Assembly (NCBI GenBank): GCA_963667845.2
Contig: CAXXVL010000001.1
Location: forward strand, 384,001 to 448,000
Reading direction: 5' to 3'
Source: Smithellaceae bacterium
Lineage (GTDB): Bacteria; Desulfobacterota; Syntrophia; Syntrophales; Smithellaceae
DNA length: 64,000 bases
The notes beneath the pieces are model-generated. The model searched no databases, was not told the origin of the DNA, and worked only from the letters and a program-made list of their open reading frames with translations. The translations under genes were made by a program, and so were the position numbers. Below are positions 60,781 through 64,000 of the stretch, one piece after another. Positions within the stretch are counted from its first letter, which is position 1. Each line of letters opens with the position of its first letter.

Positions 60781-61228
60781 GGTAGATCCTTCCTCGCTGC
60801 CGGAAGAGAAGCTGATACTCATTCACTTTCACAAGAATACAGGCTGCGGCGCCCACAGAATTCCAAGGTGATCAAACTGACCGCGGCACGCGAATCGTCA
60901 ACTGACCGGCAGGAAAAGGGACGTTTTACAGGATGACGATATGCGCTTCCCCGTCAGTGACAACGAGCTCATTTGCCGGACAGACGCGCAATTGTCTTGT
61001 ATCACGCCGCGGGTGAGAAAATCCATATCAACTATAAAGTAATCAGTTGGAATCTTCCGGACGTCTTTACAGGTCATCGTCTTTCTCTTTGAAAAGAACA
61101 TTTTCCATCAGCCGCCGGATCGAGACGCTGACATGACCGTTTGTTCATTGACAGGGAGAGATGGCTTGATTATAGTGTCTCCAGGCAAAGGAACGAAAGT
61201 CTCTGCCGATCACATTTAAGGAGTCACG

Positions 61229-61594
61229 ATGAAGACGATAGCGATAATCGCGCATGACGGGAAAAAGGCGGAGATGGTTGCCTTCATCAAGGACCATCTG
61301 GAAACCCTCAAAAGATATAAAATAGTCGCCACCGGTTCCACCGGCGGTTATATAGAAAAAGCGGGTCTGGAAGTTGAAAAGAAACTCTCCGGGCCTCTGG
61401 GCGGCGATGCCCAGATCGCTTCCGATGTTGTTGAAGGGAAAATTCACGCGGTAATTTTCCTTCGCGACCCTTTGGGAACGCACCCGCATGATCCCGACAT
61501 TTTTATGCTGCTGCGGATATGCGATGTTCATAATATTCCGTTGGCAACCAATACCGCCTCCGCGTATTTGATCATCAAGTCTTTAGAAGAGTGA
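61229..61594 (+). CDS. mgsA: Methylglyoxal synthase
   Basis: IAHDGKK, ATGSTG, SGPLGGDAQI, HPHDPDI, NIPLATN. Confidence 0.97.
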   Translation: MKTIAIIAHDGKKAEMVAFIKDHLETLKRYKIVATGSTGGYIEKAGLEVEKKLSGPLGGDAQIASDVVEGKIHAVIFLRDPLGTHPHDPDIFMLLRICDVHNIPLATNTASAYLIIKSLEE

Positions 61595-61730
61595 TTCTGC
61601 CGGTATGTTGACCGTTTTTATATGCCAGGCGGGCAATCAGGACGGCGTTTGAATTTCCGAACACGCAGGGGGCATGTAAGTAAAACGATTCCCGGCGCGA
61701 TCCGATCCTCCGGCGAAGGATGTTCCAGTA

Positions 61731-62444
61731 GTGAAGACATTGCATTTTACATCGATCTGTTTATCTTTGGTCCTTTTCCTTCTGTTGCCGAACCCGGGCC
61801 ATGCCGCCGGGATTTCTCCGGAAGAATCCGACCGGATCATCAAAGGAATGTACAGCAGGTATATTCCGATCTACTTGAAATACCGCGGCGTGGAATCGAC
61901 CAGCAAAAACATCAGCCGCGAATATGATGCCAGGACCAATGCCCTGAAAAGCACCACGGAAGTCACGCTGCACAGAAAAGACTATTTCTATGAGGATCCG
62001 GAAGTTAAGGCATTGTCCTTCCGAAAAGACGGCAGAGACAGAGACCCGTCCGATTACCGTTCGCGGGATTCAAAACCGGGTTATCTTGTCTTTGACCGAA
62101 AAGGCGCCGAGCATTACACGTTAAAAATTGTCGACAGGAAAGTGATCGGCAAAAGGGAATGCTACCGGATCGTCGTTACACCGAAAAAGGCAACGGCGAG
62201 GCATTTCAAGGGAGAGATCTACTGTGCGGTCGATACGCTGGATGTTGTGCATACGGCCGGTGGGGCGGGGGATCTGGAATTTCCGATCAAGCATTTCTGG
62301 GCGGCATTCGACTTTACGCAGGTCAACAAAGTCCCCGTGGTGCAATCCGGTACGATAAAAATTCAGGTGGATGTTCCGGTTGTCTACCCCGATACTTTGA
62401 TCGTAACCGATATCGACATTGTTGAATCCCGACTTATCGAGTAG
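61731..62444 (+). CDS. Secreted hypothetical protein
   Basis: Signal peptide (GHA-A); long open frame with CYRIVVTPK...FKGEIY motif. Confidence 0.75.
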   Translation: MKTLHFTSICLSLVLFLLLPNPGHAAGISPEESDRIIKGMYSRYIPIYLKYRGVESTSKNISREYDARTNALKSTTEVTLHRKDYFYEDPEVKALSFRKDGRDRDPSDYRSRDSKPGYLVFDRKGAEHYTLKIVDRKVIGKRECYRIVVTPKKATARHFKGEIYCAVDTLDVVHTAGGAGDLEFPIKHFWAAFDFTQVNKVPVVQSGTIKIQVDVPVVYPDTLIVTDIDIVESRLIE

Positions 62445-62575
62445 TCGATACGATGCGGTGCTCAAATCCCCGGGGCACCGCTTGAGAAAGGGCTTTCGTC
62501 TCGGAAGAGAAAGAGCGTGCATTTGAAGATCGAACCCATGACGATATCATTATACAAAAAGGAAGGATCACAACG

Positions 62576-62977
62576 ATGAAAAAGACATTGAAAGAAAAAG
62601 CATTCCCGGTGTTTTTCGCAATAACGATCAGTATTCTCGGCTCGGGATTTTTCGATGCTGATGCTTTTGACAGAACGATTTGCAACAGCAATCACTCCGC
62701 ACTGATGATTGCCTGCCATAATCAAGCAGGCAATTATGGATGGGGCAGCGGAAGTGCAAAGCAATCATTCGATGGTGGCTGCGATCAGGCGGCAGTGACT
62801 ATTGTGAATCGGTGTTATAGTGAAACAGTTTGCGGCACATTCAGGTCATTTCTGAGTGATCTGGGAAGTTCGTGCAATTCCCTGGCGCATGCGGCAAAGA
62901 AAGACGGGTGTTATGAAATGCGCACCCAGTGGATCAATTTGTATGACGGGAAAAATTTCTCCCCTTGCGTGCAATAG
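62576..62977 (+). CDS. Small secreted hypothetical protein, 8 Cys
   Basis: AAGGA RBS; signal peptide ending DADA. Confidence 0.75.
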   Translation: MKKTLKEKAFPVFFAITISILGSGFFDADAFDRTICNSNHSALMIACHNQAGNYGWGSGSAKQSFDGGCDQAAVTIVNRCYSETVCGTFRSFLSDLGSSCNSLAHAAKKDGCYEMRTQWINLYDGKNFSPCVQ

Positions 62978-63137
62978 TAAAGGGTTTGTTTTTGCGCGTC
63001 ACTTGAAATACAATGCGCCGTGCGGCAGGAAAAGAAGACGGAAACTCAAAGCCGGAAGTGACTAAAAATCTAAACAGCCATTGACCCGGCAGTTCGCCCG
63101 GTCAATCCGTATGAACCATTTTAGAGCAAAGAAATCC

Positions 63138-63647
63138 ATGCTAAATAAATTCCAGTTCCGAATCGCATTATTGACAATCCTCATCGTCTCATTTCCCTTC
63201 ATTTGTTTCTCGGAAGAGCCCAATCCGAAAGTCTGGGAGCCGATGGGCCGTCAATTGTACTACAATAAAAAAATCATCACGGAATCATCGGGTCTGCTGC
63301 TGGTCTGGACATACAGGACCGTGACGAATGAAAACAGGGCAAAGAGAATCGAAGAAGTAAAGAAATACGATCCGGGAAAATCCATCGCCTATCAGAAATA
63401 TCACCATGAATGTTTCCTGTGGGAGATCGATTGCGGCAATAGAAGGATCAAAACGAAAGAGTACATCGATTTCGACACAGACGGAAAGGCGATTGACCGC
63501 TACCGGTACGATAACGGTGAATGGGAAAGCGTCATCGCCGGAAGCGGCGCGGAGCGGTTATATCAAAATGCCTGCAGTCCCCCCAAGCCCCAGAAGCCCC
63601 AGAAACAGAAACCGAAACCGAAGAAACCATCCGGAAAGAGGAAGTGA
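63138..63647 (+). CDS. Surface-adhesin-E-like secreted protein
   Basis: Signal peptide; LVW, WEIDCGNR, WESVIAGS....YQNAC; Pro/Lys-rich tail. Confidence 0.7.
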   Translation: MLNKFQFRIALLTILIVSFPFICFSEEPNPKVWEPMGRQLYYNKKIITESSGLLLVWTYRTVTNENRAKRIEEVKKYDPGKSIAYQKYHHECFLWEIDCGNRRIKTKEYIDFDTDGKAIDRYRYDNGEWESVIAGSGAERLYQNACSPPKPQKPQKQKPKPKKPSGKRK

Positions 63648-63700
63648 TTCCGGATTTCATTTGCCGGTATGACGAACTATTTGTTAAAACAGGAACAGGT

Positions 63701-64000
63701 ATGAAGAAGATCAGGTCAATTGTTTTGTCGTTTCTCATTTCCTTTTTATTTGCCGGCCCGGTGATGGCTTCGGATGATTGGGAGAAGAACTACACGGACG
63801 CAAACGGGGATGTTGTTTTATACAAGATAGAACGCAGAGACACGGATTCGGTCCAGGTTTGGGGGAAACGGATTTTTTCCGCTATCGGCAGGCAGGAGTT
63901 TCTCCGGGACAGGCAAGAGAATGGATTCTCAACAAAAGGATGGGAGACGCTCGGACATTTTACGTCTCTCTATGAGATCAATTGCCCGAAAAGATTGGGC
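63701..64000 (+). CDS. Surface-adhesin-E-like secreted protein, partial (runs off window end; absent from the ORF track)
   Basis: MKKIRSIVLSFLISFLFAGPVMA-SDDWEK...VQVWGK...LYEINCPKR; paralogous to the preceding gene. Confidence 0.7.
   Translation, partial: MKKIRSIVLSFLISFLFAGPVMASDDWEKNYTDANGDVVLYKIERRDTDSVQVWGKRIFSAIGRQEFLRDRQENGFSTKGWETLGHFTSLYEINCPKRLG

Noticed and set aside
1..64000. CRISPR array, tRNA/rRNA genes, complete DGR, retron or prophage
   Set aside because: No regularly spaced repeats, cloverleaf, reverse transcriptase, integrase or phage structural genes recognised by eye; short RNAs could have been missed.

Overview
Bacterial genomic DNA. Gene content (many acyl-CoA ligases and CoA-transferases, an iron-sulfur flavoprotein, an AbfD-like protein, expanded Liv-type binding proteins, a selenoprotein) suggests an anaerobic, probably syntrophic deltaproteobacterium (Syntrophales-like); this is inference, not a database result. 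1-31 kb: carboxylate/acyl-CoA uptake and activation genes, comprising a minus-strand hydrolase-crotonase-Isf-CoA ligase-Liv ABC operon next to a double TetR regulator, htpG, and a PAS-LuxR-linked cluster with a divergent AbfD/HpaB-family enzyme and orphan binding proteins. 32-38 kb: a 1644-aa nuclease-NACHT-repeat protein (candidate antiphage STAND). 38-44 kb: a DTW protein, an MsrA with an in-frame UGA and SECIS-like hairpin (selenoprotein split by the ORF track), a CoA-transferase, an SDR and pcnB. 44-52 kb: unrelated secreted/lipoprotein genes punctuated by short GGGGAC/GGGGTC-type terminal repeats, a MITE, a duplicated promoter and an IS3 remnant. 52-64 kb: hrpB, a TRL lipoprotein, a CoA ligase, an MCP, mgsA and secreted proteins. 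No rRNA, tRNA, CRISPR array, integrase or reverse transcriptase was recognised. All family calls come from reading motifs by eye.
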